Shown: positions 1 to 11,330, numbered from the stretch's first letter. The stretch is DNA of 64,000 nt from Alphaproteobacteria bacterium (GCA_965243135.1 OZ251539.1:2944001-3008000), one strand, 5' to 3'. Numbers and translations: made by a program. The notes: generated from the letters alone by a model not told the origin.

Positions 1-545
1 TGTTCCGGCGTCTTGCCCACGTACATCCCGAACGGAATGCCCGTTCCGGCGAGAAGGGAGCGCAAACGGCCGAGCTGATCCTCGGCCAGTGCGTTCATCG
101 GGTAGACGATCACCGCGCTGACGCCCGGAGCGGTTTCCCCGTCGCGCAAATCGAGGCACTTGCTGATGATCGGGTAGAGAAAGGCCTCGGTCTTGCCCGA
201 ACCCGTCCCGGTCGACACCAGCGTCGTTTTTCCGGAGCGGATGGCCCGGACCGCTTCCTCCTGATGGCCGTAGAGTCGGGAGATCTCCGCCGGAATTCGC
301 TGGCGCATGTGAGGGTGGAAAACTCCGTCGCGAACCAGTTCGTCGATGGCCGCGCCGAGACGGAAGGAACGCGAGAGGCTGACGTAGGGGCCCTTGAGCA
401 GAGGCGAGTCGCGGGTCGAATCGAGGGAGAGCAGGCGATGCATCTGAGCGCGCATGCCCTCGTCGACGAAGGGGTAGGCCGTCAGCTGGTATCGCAGAAA
501 ACTGCGGACGACTTTTTCCGTAAAAACGACGGGGTTCAGGGCCAT
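1..545 (-). CDS. DEAD/DEAH-box SF2 helicase (YprA/DUF1998-like), N-terminal part; continues beyond the window
   Basis: ATG at 545 (MALNPVVFTEKVVRSFLRYQ...) is in frame with the Q motif HQEEAV, Walker A TGTGSGKT and motif Ia YPMNAL. Absent from the ORF track because it runs off the edge. Confidence 0.85.
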   Translation of the reverse strand, partial: MALNPVVFTEKVVRSFLRYQLTAYPFVDEGMRAQMHRLLSLDSTRDSPLLKGPYVSLSRSFRLGAAIDELVRDGVFHPHMRQRIPAEISRLYGHQEEAVRAIRSGKTTLVSTGTGSGKTEAFLYPIISKCLDLRDGETAPGVSAVIVYPMNALAEDQLGRLRSLLAGTGIPFGMYVGKTPE

Positions 546-557
546 GGGCGTTCCTAA

Positions 558-2225
558 CCCGGATATCTCACCACTACTGGTTGCATGGGGCCCCCGATTC
601 GCAATACATATAGAAGAATCAACCCACTACACGACCTGCGAAAGGAAACCCCACAGACTGTAAACCGTTGCAGCTTGAGTTTCAAGGCCTCGGAAGCCGC
701 AAGGTGGTCGGCGATTTCGAGGGCGGCCGGCTCAGCACCGATGGCGCGGCGCGACGCTGCTGCGCCAGGCCGACGCGCTGCTCAACCTGACGCCGCGAAT
801 CGCAGCTTGATGACCACCGATGCCAGGAACGCCTCGAGCATCCGGTGCAGCGGCTGGTTTCGCAACGGCTGTTCGGTATTTTACAGGGTTACGAGGATGT
901 CAACGATCACGATTCGGGCCGACAGCGTGCTGGCGCTGGCCGTCGGGTGCACCGACCTGACCGGGGAGGAGCGGGTTCGGGAACGCGACCGCGGCATTCC
1001 GTTGGCCGGTTCGAGCACCTTGAACCGGGCTGGGCGTTCCCGGCGAAGCCGAGACGCACCGGTACAAGAAGATCACGGCCGGAGCGCTGGACGATCTCAA
1101 GCCTGTCCCTCGACGCCTGTCCGTCGCCGCCGAAAGAGATCTGGCTGGACGTCGACTCCACCGACGACCTGGTGCATGGCAACCAGGAGGGGCGTCACTT
1201 CCACGGCTACTACGACTCTTACTGCTACCTTCCGCTTTACATGGGACGACCTGATTTTGTGCTCGCGGTTGCGGCCTGCGAACGTCGACCCGGCGGCGGG
1301 CACGGCGGAGGAATTGGCGTGTGGAGCGCATTCGCGATCGCTGGCCCGGAGACCGGGGTTCGCGGCGACGGCGGCTTTTGCCGCGACGAACTCATGACGT
1401 GGTGCGAAGACAACGGGGTCGACTACCTGTTCGGCCTGTCCCGCAACCCCCGCCTGGCGGAGCGCATCGCCAGGCAGTTGCGCAAGTCGCGCCGCCGCTG
1501 CCTCTCGACCGGCGAGTCGTCGCGGCGGCTCTGCGACTTTCGTTACCGGACCCGAAGGTCGTGGAGCCGGACGCGGCGGGTGGTCGCGAAGGGGCTGCCG
1601 GATCCTCGCGGCCTCAACGCCCGCTTCGTCGTGACTTCGCTGGGCTGCAAGCGGGCGGGGGCGCAGGCTCTCTACGAGGACCTGTACTGCGCGCGCGGGG
1701 AGAACCGCGGAGCAGCAGCCTATTCGCCGACCGGACCTCGACCGCGACCGGCGAACCAGTTGCGCCTCGACTTTGCGACGTTCGCCAGCCGTGGCGGCGA
1801 TTCGGAGGGTCGGCCTGGCCGGCACCGGGGAGGACAGGGCGCAGGCCGGAACGATTCGGACGAAACTCCTCAAGGTCGCCGTCTGCGTTCGGAGGGTTCT
1901 GCTCTCGTTTTCGTCGGTCTGGCCCTGGAAGGATCTGTTCGTCCGGGTCCTGGCGAACCTGCAGGCGGCTGCGCCGCCAGCCCCGACCTGACGCCGCTCG
2001 CGGCCCCGACAGCCCTTTTTCGAAAGCCGGAACGCCGGCCACGGGACAGGTATGTTCGGGTACCGGATTCCACGGCGTCGGAGTCGTCCGCAACCGCTAA
2101 AGTTCGTGTTTCGTTCACAAAAAATCCTTGCTTGCCGACTGCGCCCCGCTTTTCCCGGCTCGCCGGTCGTTCCGAAAACCGCGCCCGTAACCCGAATCCA
2201 GCCCCCTGATTCGCTCTGATGCGGG
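558..2225 (+). mobile_element. IS1380-family insertion sequence, frameshifted transposase
   Basis: Transposase motifs GYEDVNDH, LDVDSTDDLVHGNQEGRHFHGYY, RGDGGF and LYCARGE are spread over several frames. Ends are CCCGGATATCTCA and CTCTGATGCGGG. A 4-bp direct repeat CTAA lies at 554-557 and 2226-2229. Confidence 0.9.
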
Positions 2226-5200
2226 CTAATCGAAAAGCGTTTTCCCGACGCCCGTTCGGAAGGCTGGAGAGAAAGCTGCTTCTGCCGGAGCCGTCAGGGG
2301 GTCTTTCTCACGCCCCGAGGTCATTGCGAGCAGTTGCGCATAGCCTTCCTTGCCCAACAGATTGCGGGCGTGCAAACGGCACTCCCTCCAGGACTCCTCG
2401 GGATCCTGGCCGAGCTGCCAGTCGAAAAAGCGCGGACCGAGGCTACCTCCGACCTTCCGGACTTCTCTCGCGCTTTCGTCGCGGCCGAGACCGTAATCCG
2501 CTAGGCGCAAGGATTCGGGAAGCATCCAGCCGTCGCCGTCGTTTTGCTCGCAGAATGCGGCGATACCCTCGTCGACGTCTCCACGTTCGGAAATTTTCCC
2601 CTGGAGATCGTCGAATGCTACGAGCGTCAGAACCGTGTGGCGCAGTTCGGGAGGCTGGCCCTTGTTGACGCGCCAAAATCCCTTCGCCGCCAATTCGCCG
2701 GCCTTCGACAGCCTGTCCGCTTCGCCGACGGGCAAGTCGCAATCCCGGAGAATGTAACGCAGATCGTCGACGGAAAGCCCGAAAAGCGCCGCAACGATGG
2801 CGTCCAGCATGCAATTCAGCCTCAATCTCTCGTGCGGCGTCGACGCCCATAGTTCCCTCCAGGCGGAATCCCGATCCCGCAGATAGAACCAGAGCGGCGA
2901 GAACACCTCGTGATTCGCCGACATCCGGGCAACCAATCGCGTCAGAATTAACCTGGTTTCCGCCGTGAGCGTTCGCGAATCAAGCAACGGAAACTGTTCG
3001 ATAACGGCATAGCTGAGATGAAGATATCCGATGCGCCGACGGACCACGAAATCGAGAACGAACGAACCCAGCAGGGCCTGAAGGGGCAAGACGTCGGGCA
3101 GGTGGGCGGGCGTCAGGCACGGAGCGGCATGGACCGCCGGCATCGGCGGGGTGAGCGCGCTGAGCATCGTTCGACGGTGAACAGCGGTGGAGATACTCTT
3201 GAAAAGCAGCCGAGCGAACCAGGGCGGTCGGTCTTCGGTTCGGTCCCGGAAATCGAGGTCGCTCATCAGGTATTCCGGTTCTATGGTTTTCTTCGACGGA
3301 TCAATCGGCTTCCACACCGCCCCTCGTCCCTTGCCCCGAACCCATCCTGAGCTGGAGAAATCGAACAGGTTGAATACCTTGGCGTTGTACACGGGCAGCG
3401 CCGTTTTTTCGATCGCTCCTTCGTCGATCCAGTGCTCTCCGTCCCGCGAGAAAACGATTCCTTCGGCATTATTCGTGCGTCCGGCGGGCATCGTGCCGGA
3501 CAAAGCTTTCCAATTGCCCTTGATCCAGCGGTTGTATTCGTCGGGACGGTATCCCTCCTCCTCCCATTTTGGTCGCGGAGGGAATAGTTTCGAGTCGCCA
3601 GTGGTATGGAAATCCGTAGTGTGGCTAACGATCCAACTTCCTGGACCATTGTCGCCGAGAAGCACGGAATCGCCATAAATTTTGTCGAGCGTCTCCAGAT
3701 CCCGCGAGGACTCGATCTCCAGGATGGACTGAGAACCCGGCGAAAGGCGGTCTATCTGATCCCGGGCGTAATCGGCGGCGCAAAGTTCCGGCCGCTCCCA
3801 ATCCTCGAGTCGCCGTCGCATGAACGCCGTCCGAACGGTTTGCGTCTTTCCGCCTTTTTCGGCGATGACGGCATTGAATTTCATGGATCTGTGGATGTCG
3901 AAAATTCCGTCGCGATTCTCGAAGCCGAATATCCATTCCCACTTCGAACGATTAAGAAAAAGCTGGCGAAGATCGCCGGTGCCATGGTCGGAGTAGAGAC
4001 CCGAGGGCACGATGAATCCAAGGCGCCCTCCGTCCTTCAGCAAGGCATGCGCTTGCTCGAGGAACAGCTTGTACCGGTTGATATCGCCGGACCCTTGGTG
4101 CCGGAAGGGGCGTTCGCCGCGAACGTAGCCCGCGCTCTTCGAACGGCTGCGCCGCCAGTGCGCATGCAATTCCCCGTTCTTCCGATGGCCCCTCACGATC
4201 GAAAAGCGCCTGTCGCCTTTTGCGCTCATCATGGAGGGGTCGCCGAAGGCGCTGTCGCGGTGCTTCACGAAGTTGGACAACGCGCGAAAACCGGCGTTGT
4301 ACGTCAGCCATTCCCTTTCGATAACTTCGTCTTTGAAATAGCAAGTTTGATAACTCAACGCCTCCTGCTTGCCGTAGGAAGGATATAGCGGGTCTCTTTT
4401 CGAGAAAAATTCCTTGGAGTACGGTTTCGCGGTATCCCACGGCGGATTGCCGAGCATGGCGTCGAAGCCGCTTTTTTCGTCCAGAAAAACGTCGGGAAAC
4501 TCGATCTCCCAATGAAAAAATCGCTCGCGGGACGCTATCCGCGCGGCGACCTCCCTGGTCGCCTCCAGCGGACCGGCGAGCGTCGACGGAAGCGGCGCGG
4601 CGGCGAGTTCGTCGGCGGGCCAGAACCAGCAGGCGCACCAAAGGTCCATCGCCTTCGAGAGCGTGCGGTAGGCGTCCGAATCGAGGATGTCGTCGTAATA
4701 TGTCCGGGCGCGCTCGTCCGCAAGGTGGACGGGCAGAGCGTGGAGGTGGGTCAGTGTGTCGAGCGCGTTGTCGTGGACGGAAATCGCTTTTTCCTGCAAG
4801 TCTTCCGAAAACAGCGTGGGGCCCGACAGGAAGACTGCGAGATCGGGCGTCAGCTTGTCTTTGACGAACGCCTTTATGGATCTGGTGCGCGCATCTTTCT
4901 TGAAATGGACCCCGTTCGAATGGGTCTTGTCGCCGCCCTCCCGGTTCTTCCAAGCCATGACCGGATAGTGCTGAAACTGGTCGAACCACGCGCCGACGAG
5001 GCTGTTGCCGCACTTGATCTTGTGATCGAGGAAAGAAAAGGGCAGCGCGCGATCCATGGTCTCGACCCAAAGCGCCAGCCTGCAAAGCTCGACGGCCAGC
5101 GGATCGAGATCGACGCCGTAGAGGCAACGCTCGACCACGTGCCTGCGGAGCACGGCCTTCAGCCGCGGTTCGAAGAGGTCGTCGGCCGGCGGACAAGGCA

Positions 5201-7223
5201 GCAGTTCCTCGCAAAGGTCTTCGCCTGGGTCGCCGGTCAACAGGCCGACAACGGAACTGTCTCCGCGGGGAGCGATCCTTCCATGGTGGTGGAGCGAAGC
5301 GTACAGGGCGTCGGTCAGGAACCGCAACGTCGCCACGGGGAACGAGCCGGAACCGCACGCCGGGTCGCAGATCTTCAAATCGAGGATTTCTTCCGGAAGC
5401 CTCGGAATCCTCTCGTCGACCGCGGTCGTCCCGGCAACTGCCGATTCGTAAGCCAGCGGCAGAAGGGCGCGCTGCACGGTGGGAACCGCGAGGCCGGGCC
5501 GGGTATAGAACGAGCCGCTGCCCTTGCGCGTTCCGCCCCAGCGCACGAGATACCATTCGCCGGACAAAACGACGCGGACGATCAGCTGACGAGCCTTGCG
5601 GGAAACGGTTTCTTCATACAACAAACGCTTCTCGGGGGTCATCTTCCCGCGCGGTTTCCGGACGAGGGCGCCGGCCTCGACTGCGCGAACGGCCCAAGCT
5701 TCGGCTCGCAGGCGGGCGTTGTGCCGCTCGTCGTCTTCCGGGATTTCCTCGCTCTCATTCGGCTCTTCCTCCGCGTCGTCTTCTGGATCGTCCTCCTCGC
5801 TCTGCGACTCCCCGTCATCGCTGGTATCCGTCATGGCCTTCAGCAGGTTTTTCAGCGCCTTGTCGTCCATCTCCTCCAGCCGGCTGAGCGGCAGCGCGGG
5901 ATGGTTCCCGACAGCAAGGAAGACCATCGGATCGTCGGGCGGCGCGGTCCGCAGCTCGAAATCGAGCAAGCCCTCGTAAAGGATGCCGATGTACTCGCTG
6001 GAGAGGTCGGAAAAATCCACCGGCGCCGGAATCCAGGTGCGCGACCAGCCTTGGCGAACCTTTATCCGCGTCCGCGTGATCCGCTCCAGAATGCGATGGA
6101 CATCGGCGTCGGCCATCACCTCCCGGTCGAAGCAGGCGGTCTCGAAAACCGAAAGCGCGCGGGAGAGCCCGTCGGAGGAATCGGGTTCGCCCGAGGCGAA
6201 GAGCGCGCCGCCGTAGGCTGGAACGGGCAAGTCCGGATGGTGCGACCCGTCGCGAATCAGACGAAAGAGGGCGAGCACCCGCGGCCAGGCGCTCCACGAC
6301 CGGGCGAGGCGGTTTCCGCCGCGAGCCGCGGTCTTTTCGAGGGACTCCAGCAAGCCGGTCAGGCCGTAGCCGCTGTGATAGAGGTCGTTGTCCCGCGGCA
6401 GCAAATCGCGCGATTCGGCAAAGAGCACGATCACCATCCGCATGACGACGCGCACGGCGGCCCGATAGATCTCGGCCGGGTCGGCGCAGCGTTCTTTCAG
6501 GGCTTGTCCGTGGCTCCGCACGAGCGCCTCGACGGCTTCCCGGACGCGCTCGCCCAAGACCTGCGAGAGTTCCGCCTGTCCCTTGCGGCTGTCGAGAATC
6601 GCTTGGAGCAACGGGGCTGGGCCGTCGCTGCCGACCGGGATCCACGCGCCGGGGGACAGCAGAGTGCGCAGGGCCGCGACCTGGTCCGACAGCTTCCCCT
6701 CTTCGAACCACAGGTCCGCGTCCCATTCGCACCAGGCATCGAAATCGAGGCCGGCGAAAACGAGGCGCCACTGCCGGCCGTTGGTGACGACGGCCAGCTT
6801 CTCGCGCCCGCCCCGCAACCACTGGAGAACGCGGCTCGTCGCCCTGCGGCCGCGGCCGACGCCCACGCGTTTCTCGCGGTCGAGAAAGACGGGCAGAACG
6901 CCGCCCCGGTCGCCGGTCCACAGATGGTCGGGTTTGATCCTCCCGCCGGCAACGGCGGCGCGGCCCTGCTCGGCGGGGACGCCGCTTCCCCGCCGCCAGC
7001 CGCTTGCAGTAAATCCGCAGACTCTCTCGAGCACGAACGCGACGAATTCCGGCGTTGACGCGAGGTCGTCGAGCATCACGGCGCTTCGCCGGCGCAATTC
7101 GCTCTCGACGGCCGGCGGCAGGGCGTCCGGCGCGAAACGCACGATCTCCTGAAGCCTTTGAGGATCGAGAAGCAGGCCCCCGTGGCGCAGCCGTTCCCAA
7201 CCTGGCAATTCCGCCCGGTTCAA
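2226..7223 (-). CDS. Large N6-adenine DNA methyltransferase (DrmMI/type IIG-like)
   Basis: Motif I DPACGSGSF, motif IV GNPPW, YLVRWGGTRKGSGSFYT. Likely TTG start at 7223 overlaps the upstream TGA. The N-terminal nuclease-like region lacks an obvious E-x-K. Confidence 0.88.
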   Translation of the reverse strand: MNRAELPGWERLRHGGLLLDPQRLQEIVRFAPDALPPAVESELRRRSAVMLDDLASTPEFVAFVLERVCGFTASGWRRGSGVPAEQGRAAVAGGRIKPDHLWTGDRGGVLPVFLDREKRVGVGRGRRATSRVLQWLRGGREKLAVVTNGRQWRLVFAGLDFDAWCEWDADLWFEEGKLSDQVAALRTLLSPGAWIPVGSDGPAPLLQAILDSRKGQAELSQVLGERVREAVEALVRSHGQALKERCADPAEIYRAAVRVVMRMVIVLFAESRDLLPRDNDLYHSGYGLTGLLESLEKTAARGGNRLARSWSAWPRVLALFRLIRDGSHHPDLPVPAYGGALFASGEPDSSDGLSRALSVFETACFDREVMADADVHRILERITRTRIKVRQGWSRTWIPAPVDFSDLSSEYIGILYEGLLDFELRTAPPDDPMVFLAVGNHPALPLSRLEEMDDKALKNLLKAMTDTSDDGESQSEEDDPEDDAEEEPNESEEIPEDDERHNARLRAEAWAVRAVEAGALVRKPRGKMTPEKRLLYEETVSRKARQLIVRVVLSGEWYLVRWGGTRKGSGSFYTRPGLAVPTVQRALLPLAYESAVAGTTAVDERIPRLPEEILDLKICDPACGSGSFPVATLRFLTDALYASLHHHGRIAPRGDSSVVGLLTGDPGEDLCEELLPCPPADDLFEPRLKAVLRRHVVERCLYGVDLDPLAVELCRLALWVETMDRALPFSFLDHKIKCGNSLVGAWFDQFQHYPVMAWKNREGGDKTHSNGVHFKKDARTRSIKAFVKDKLTPDLAVFLSGPTLFSEDLQEKAISVHDNALDTLTHLHALPVHLADERARTYYDDILDSDAYRTLSKAMDLWCACWFWPADELAAAPLPSTLAGPLEATREVAARIASRERFFHWEIEFPDVFLDEKSGFDAMLGNPPWDTAKPYSKEFFSKRDPLYPSYGKQEALSYQTCYFKDEVIEREWLTYNAGFRALSNFVKHRDSAFGDPSMMSAKGDRRFSIVRGHRKNGELHAHWRRSRSKSAGYVRGERPFRHQGSGDINRYKLFLEQAHALLKDGGRLGFIVPSGLYSDHGTGDLRQLFLNRSKWEWIFGFENRDGIFDIHRSMKFNAVIAEKGGKTQTVRTAFMRRRLEDWERPELCAADYARDQIDRLSPGSQSILEIESSRDLETLDKIYGDSVLLGDNGPGSWIVSHTTDFHTTGDSKLFPPRPKWEEEGYRPDEYNRWIKGNWKALSGTMPAGRTNNAEGIVFSRDGEHWIDEGAIEKTALPVYNAKVFNLFDFSSSGWVRGKGRGAVWKPIDPSKKTIEPEYLMSDLDFRDRTEDRPPWFARLLFKSISTAVHRRTMLSALTPPMPAVHAAPCLTPAHLPDVLPLQALLGSFVLDFVVRRRIGYLHLSYAVIEQFPLLDSRTLTAETRLILTRLVARMSANHEVFSPLWFYLRDRDSAWRELWASTPHERLRLNCMLDAIVAALFGLSVDDLRYILRDCDLPVGEADRLSKAGELAAKGFWRVNKGQPPELRHTVLTLVAFDDLQGKISERGDVDEGIAAFCEQNDGDGWMLPESLRLADYGLGRDESAREVRKVGGSLGPRFFDWQLGQDPEESWRECRLHARNLLGKEGYAQLLAMTSGREKDPLTAPAEAAFSPAFRTGVGKTLFD

Positions 7224-10200
7224 GGCGATTCTCCGGCAAGGCGGAATTCCACGACGACCGGAAAGACCTGCGCCTCGCCCGTCATCGAAAAGCGATTGGG
7301 CAGAACGCGGGCCAGAATTCGCTCGCGCTCCTTTTCGAGTTGTCCGCGCACCTCCTCGAAATTGCGCCGCCGCCGGGCGCATTCCGCCTCCTTTTCCTCT
7401 ATGGAACGGTCGATGCGTCCCAGGCGGTTCGCCTCGTCGAAGAGAGTTCCCTGGCGCTTCTCCTCCTTCAGCCTCTCGATCTCGCGTTCGAGTCTCGCGA
7501 GGGTGTTTTCCGCGATCAACGCCGAGACCTCGCCCTGACGGCTGCGGTAACGCTCGTCCTCCTCGCGCCGCGCGCGGTCTCCGTCGCGCTCGAGTTGAGT
7601 TCGCAGGCCGGCGGTCAGCGATGCCGCATGCCGGCGAACGAAAGCTCCGAGCTCGGATTCCACTTCGTCGAAAATTTCCTGGGCCCGCCGCTGCGGTTCC
7701 TCGCCCCGGGCAGGCTGCGCTCCGCGGAGTTCGCGGGCAGGGCAGTGCGGGAGGGGATCGCCGAGCGCGCCTCCGGTGACCGGGAAGCGTATCGTTCTCA
7801 CCCAGTGGTGATAGGTTTCGCGCAGATCGTTGACGGCCAGTTCCTCCAGACTGAGAAGCACGGCGGCATCGACGCCTGCCGGCAGTTCTCCGATGCTTAC
7901 CGTCCAGCGGGAAACCTGGTCGCCGGTTCCCGGAAACCGGCGGCGGCTGAGTGAAACGAGCCCTTTCTGCAGCATCGGGTGGGACAAGTGGATCAGGCGC
8001 GCGTCGGGACGCGGCGCGAAAATCTTCCGCCTGCCGGCATCTTCAAGAAAAGGTTCCACGCCGAAAGCCAGCCGCACCACCGGCCCCTTGCTCTTCCCGT
8101 CGCCCGTAGTCGCGCGCAGCGAGTCGTCGATAACATCGCTCCATTCCGGCAGGCCCGGATTGACGATCCGGCAGGTGCCGTCATGGTCCGAGCGGTCGAG
8201 TTGCGGCCGGCCTGCGCGTATCGCCATCGCGGCTTCGAGGGTGTCGCGCACGGCGGCGGGGTCGAGATCCACCTCGGCGGCGACGTTGCGCAGATCCCGG
8301 ATGCCCGCCTCCGCGCTTGCCGCATCGGTCGCAACGGCGGAATCGGCGTCAAGCGCGGCCCGACCGCGGGCCAGTTCGACGCTCCGCTCGAGATGGTGCT
8401 GGACCTGAACGAGTTCCTCGCCTTCGACCAGACGCCGATGCGCCGCTTCGTCGAATAGCTCGTTGACCGACCCCAGATCCTCGCGGATTTCGTCGGACTT
8501 GCGGATGACGTGCGCCAGAAACTGGAGATCCTGGTCCTGGTCGCTGACGAAATGGTGAATCGTCACGTCGCGCGCCTGGCCGTGGCGGTCAAGCCGCCCG
8601 TTCCGCTGCTCCAGCCTGGACGGGTTCCAGGGACAGTCGTAGTGAAGCATGTACCGTGCGGTGCGCTGAAGGTTGAGGCCCTCGGCCGCCGCGTCCGTGG
8701 CGACGAGTATTCGCACCTCGCGGGAGGGATCGTTGAAGGCGGCCTTCACGAGATCGCGCCGGAATTCGTCCATTCCGCCGAAAAGCGTGAGGATTCGTTC
8801 CTCCTGGTAGCGCTCGCGGAGGCGCCGCACGACGTAGTCGAGCGTCGTCTTGTACTCCGTGAAGACGACAAGCCGTTCGTCGTCGCGCCAGCCGCCGCCT
8901 CGCCGGAGCAACTTTTCCACGAGGCCGCACAAGGCGTCGAACCGGGCGTCTTCCGCCGGGTCGCGGTCTTCCGCGAGGCCCAGCCGTTCCACCGCGAGGT
9001 CGATCTCGTCGATCTCCCGCGCAAGCTCCGTTCCGAACGACTTGAGCCATGCGCCGACCACGGTCGAGGCCGTGGACTCGCGCAACTGGGTCTCGCGGTC
9101 GTCGGGGATGTCCTGGTGCAGGGCGCGGGCTGCGGCAACCACTTCGCTGTCCGCCGCGGGCTCGGTCTGCTCCAGACCGTCCTTGCACCTGCGCCACGAC
9201 TCGGCGAACGCAACGGGGCAACTGAGCAGCCGCTTGCCGAGAACTTCGATCGCGAAGCTGCCCGACCGTCGCCGCGTATTCTCTCCGCGGGCGATCTGCG
9301 ACCGCACCCCGGTCCGGAAAGCGGCGAACGCCCGGCTCACCGACGCTTCGGCAGGAGACAGACTCAGCTCGACCGCCCGCGGCGGCATGCGCGTGCAGAA
9401 TTTGGGCGGATCGGTGCGGTCGTTGATCTCGCTCTTGAGGCGCCGGAGAACTACTTGCTTGATGCGCTCTTTCTGCGCGGGATTCAGCTCGCCGGTCTGG
9501 CTGAATCGCAGCGGATCCAGAATCTCCAGAAGCCCCGTGAAGGAACGCGTATGGCCGTTGTGCGGGGTGGCGCTGAGAAAGATGCGATGCTCGAATTGCG
9601 GAGCGACGAGGCGCAGCATGCGGCAAAGATCGCTGTCGTCGCCGAACGGCGAGGGCATGAGGTTGTGGCACTCGTCGACGATCAGGAGATCCCAGGGCAG
9701 ATGCGGCGACCCTTCCGGCGTTCGGCAGGCGGCGAGGAATTGTTCGAGGACGTCGTCCTGCCGCAGGTAATGATAGGAGGAGATGATGCGGCTGTACGAT
9801 CGCCAGGGATTGGCGTCGAGGCCGAGGCGCTTCCGCAGCTTGTCGGTCTCGGAACGGTCGACGAGGTTGAAGTGAAGAGAGAACTTGTCCCACAACTCGT
9901 CCCGCTGCCATTGCAGGCGCAGCGAGGCCGGCGTGAGCACCAGCACCCGCTGGATCCGCCGGCGGATCAGAAGTTCGCTCAGGATCAGACCGGCCTCGAC
10001 GGTCTTCCCCAAGCCGACGTCGTCGGCGATGAGCAGGTTGACGCGCGGCATGCGCAACGCCTTGAGCAACGGCACGAGCTGGTAATCCTCGACCTGGATG
10101 GCCCCGTGGAACGGGCTCGACACCGGCAACCGGTCGACCGGTCCTTCGCCGTCGAGGTACGGCATGGTCGCCGTCCATCGCGTCGCCCGCAAGAGCGCGT

Positions 10201-10444
10201 TGAAGTCGTCGGCCGGCATCGGGTCATTATCCGTCACCCGCGGCAGCGCGTTCGGCTTCAGAACGGAGGGACGGGCTTCCAGTTCCCAGACAAGCGTCTC
10301 GTCCCGAGGCAGATGATCGTCCTTGTATTCCACCTGGACAAGGTGCAGGCGGCCCGAATCGCCATCGAACGGCTCCACGCTCGCGATAACGCCGCGGCGA
10401 TTTCTGACCGTCGCCACGGCGCCGACGAACGGATTATCGGTCAC
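7220..10444 (-). CDS. drmD: SNF2-like helicase, DISARM DrmD-like
   Basis: LIADDVGLGKT, VDECH, LSATPHNG, ATDAAAEGLNLQ, WNPSRLEQRNGRLDR; N-terminal beta-rich domain; C-terminal coiled coil. Confidence 0.8.
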   Translation of the reverse strand: MTDNPFVGAVATVRNRRGVIASVEPFDGDSGRLHLVQVEYKDDHLPRDETLVWELEARPSVLKPNALPRVTDNDPMPADDFNALLRATRWTATMPYLDGEGPVDRLPVSSPFHGAIQVEDYQLVPLLKALRMPRVNLLIADDVGLGKTVEAGLILSELLIRRRIQRVLVLTPASLRLQWQRDELWDKFSLHFNLVDRSETDKLRKRLGLDANPWRSYSRIISSYHYLRQDDVLEQFLAACRTPEGSPHLPWDLLIVDECHNLMPSPFGDDSDLCRMLRLVAPQFEHRIFLSATPHNGHTRSFTGLLEILDPLRFSQTGELNPAQKERIKQVVLRRLKSEINDRTDPPKFCTRMPPRAVELSLSPAEASVSRAFAAFRTGVRSQIARGENTRRRSGSFAIEVLGKRLLSCPVAFAESWRRCKDGLEQTEPAADSEVVAAARALHQDIPDDRETQLRESTASTVVGAWLKSFGTELAREIDEIDLAVERLGLAEDRDPAEDARFDALCGLVEKLLRRGGGWRDDERLVVFTEYKTTLDYVVRRLRERYQEERILTLFGGMDEFRRDLVKAAFNDPSREVRILVATDAAAEGLNLQRTARYMLHYDCPWNPSRLEQRNGRLDRHGQARDVTIHHFVSDQDQDLQFLAHVIRKSDEIREDLGSVNELFDEAAHRRLVEGEELVQVQHHLERSVELARGRAALDADSAVATDAASAEAGIRDLRNVAAEVDLDPAAVRDTLEAAMAIRAGRPQLDRSDHDGTCRIVNPGLPEWSDVIDDSLRATTGDGKSKGPVVRLAFGVEPFLEDAGRRKIFAPRPDARLIHLSHPMLQKGLVSLSRRRFPGTGDQVSRWTVSIGELPAGVDAAVLLSLEELAVNDLRETYHHWVRTIRFPVTGGALGDPLPHCPARELRGAQPARGEEPQRRAQEIFDEVESELGAFVRRHAASLTAGLRTQLERDGDRARREEDERYRSRQGEVSALIAENTLARLEREIERLKEEKRQGTLFDEANRLGRIDRSIEEKEAECARRRRNFEEVRGQLEKERERILARVLPNRFSMTGEAQVFPVVVEFRLAGESP

Positions 10445-10622
10445 GGTGCCGGTTTTTCATGCTTCCGTAGCCTCGCGAATCTGCAAAACGGCCCCTCCCG
10501 CGATATAGTTGCAGGATAGTCGTGGAAGGCAAGCGTTCAAGGGCCGCAAAATGCCGAACCCGCGCCCGTTATCCCGCGGCGAATTCCTTGCAGGCGCTCC
10601 GAACGGCGCGCATCGCGGCCGT

Positions 10623-11330
10623 TCAGTTGATCCTCGTCGGCAGATGCTCCGGTAGCCACCCCACGATTACTTCCTCGTCCTCGTCGTCCCGGAAGAAGTA
10701 CAGGCGGAATCCGTAACGCGAATTCCGTGCGCTGCTGCCTTTCAGGTGTCGATCCAGCTCTCGTTTCCTTCCCTTGTGCGTGAGGAAATAACTGTCCCCG
10801 TGTTCGCCGGCCCCCCGAGAACGTTCGTTGCTCCTGAATTCCTTCTGTCGCCAGCGCTTCCAGGTAGGCCTCCCTGAGTTCGTTGCCTCCTTCGCGCGGC
10901 ACATAGCGGTCTCGCAGAATGAGCAGTGCGCGGTACGCCAGCGGCACGTCTTTGAACGGGGATTTCTTCGCCCCCCGCTCGGCTGCTTGACGCTGCCCGC
11001 GAGGTGCCTGGTCGACCACTGCTGCAAATCTTCGAAACTGTCCGGAATTTCGTCTTCGACCGGCGCGCCGCGCGCCTTCCGGCCCTCCAGATACGCAATG
11101 CGCGATTTCAGACCCCAGTTTTCTTCCCTTGCCGCATGTAGCTCCGCCCGCAATTTGCGCGACTCGCTGTCGACGGTTTCGAACAGATACTCCTGCTTTT
11201 CCCGGTTGAGATCGTCGATTTCCGCCTGATACAACGCGAGAAGTTCCTGCTCGGACTTCACGGTTGCGGCTTCCGCTCGCTTTCGCAGTTTCTGAGCGGC
11301 TTTCTTGACCTCGACATAGGGCGGAAGCTA
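10623..11330 (-). pseudogene. Truncated, frameshifted hypothetical protein (coiled coil plus C-terminal RHLKG...RLYF domain)
   Basis: Coding-like sequence alternates between two frames; the 5' end abuts an IS110 remnant. Confidence 0.5.
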
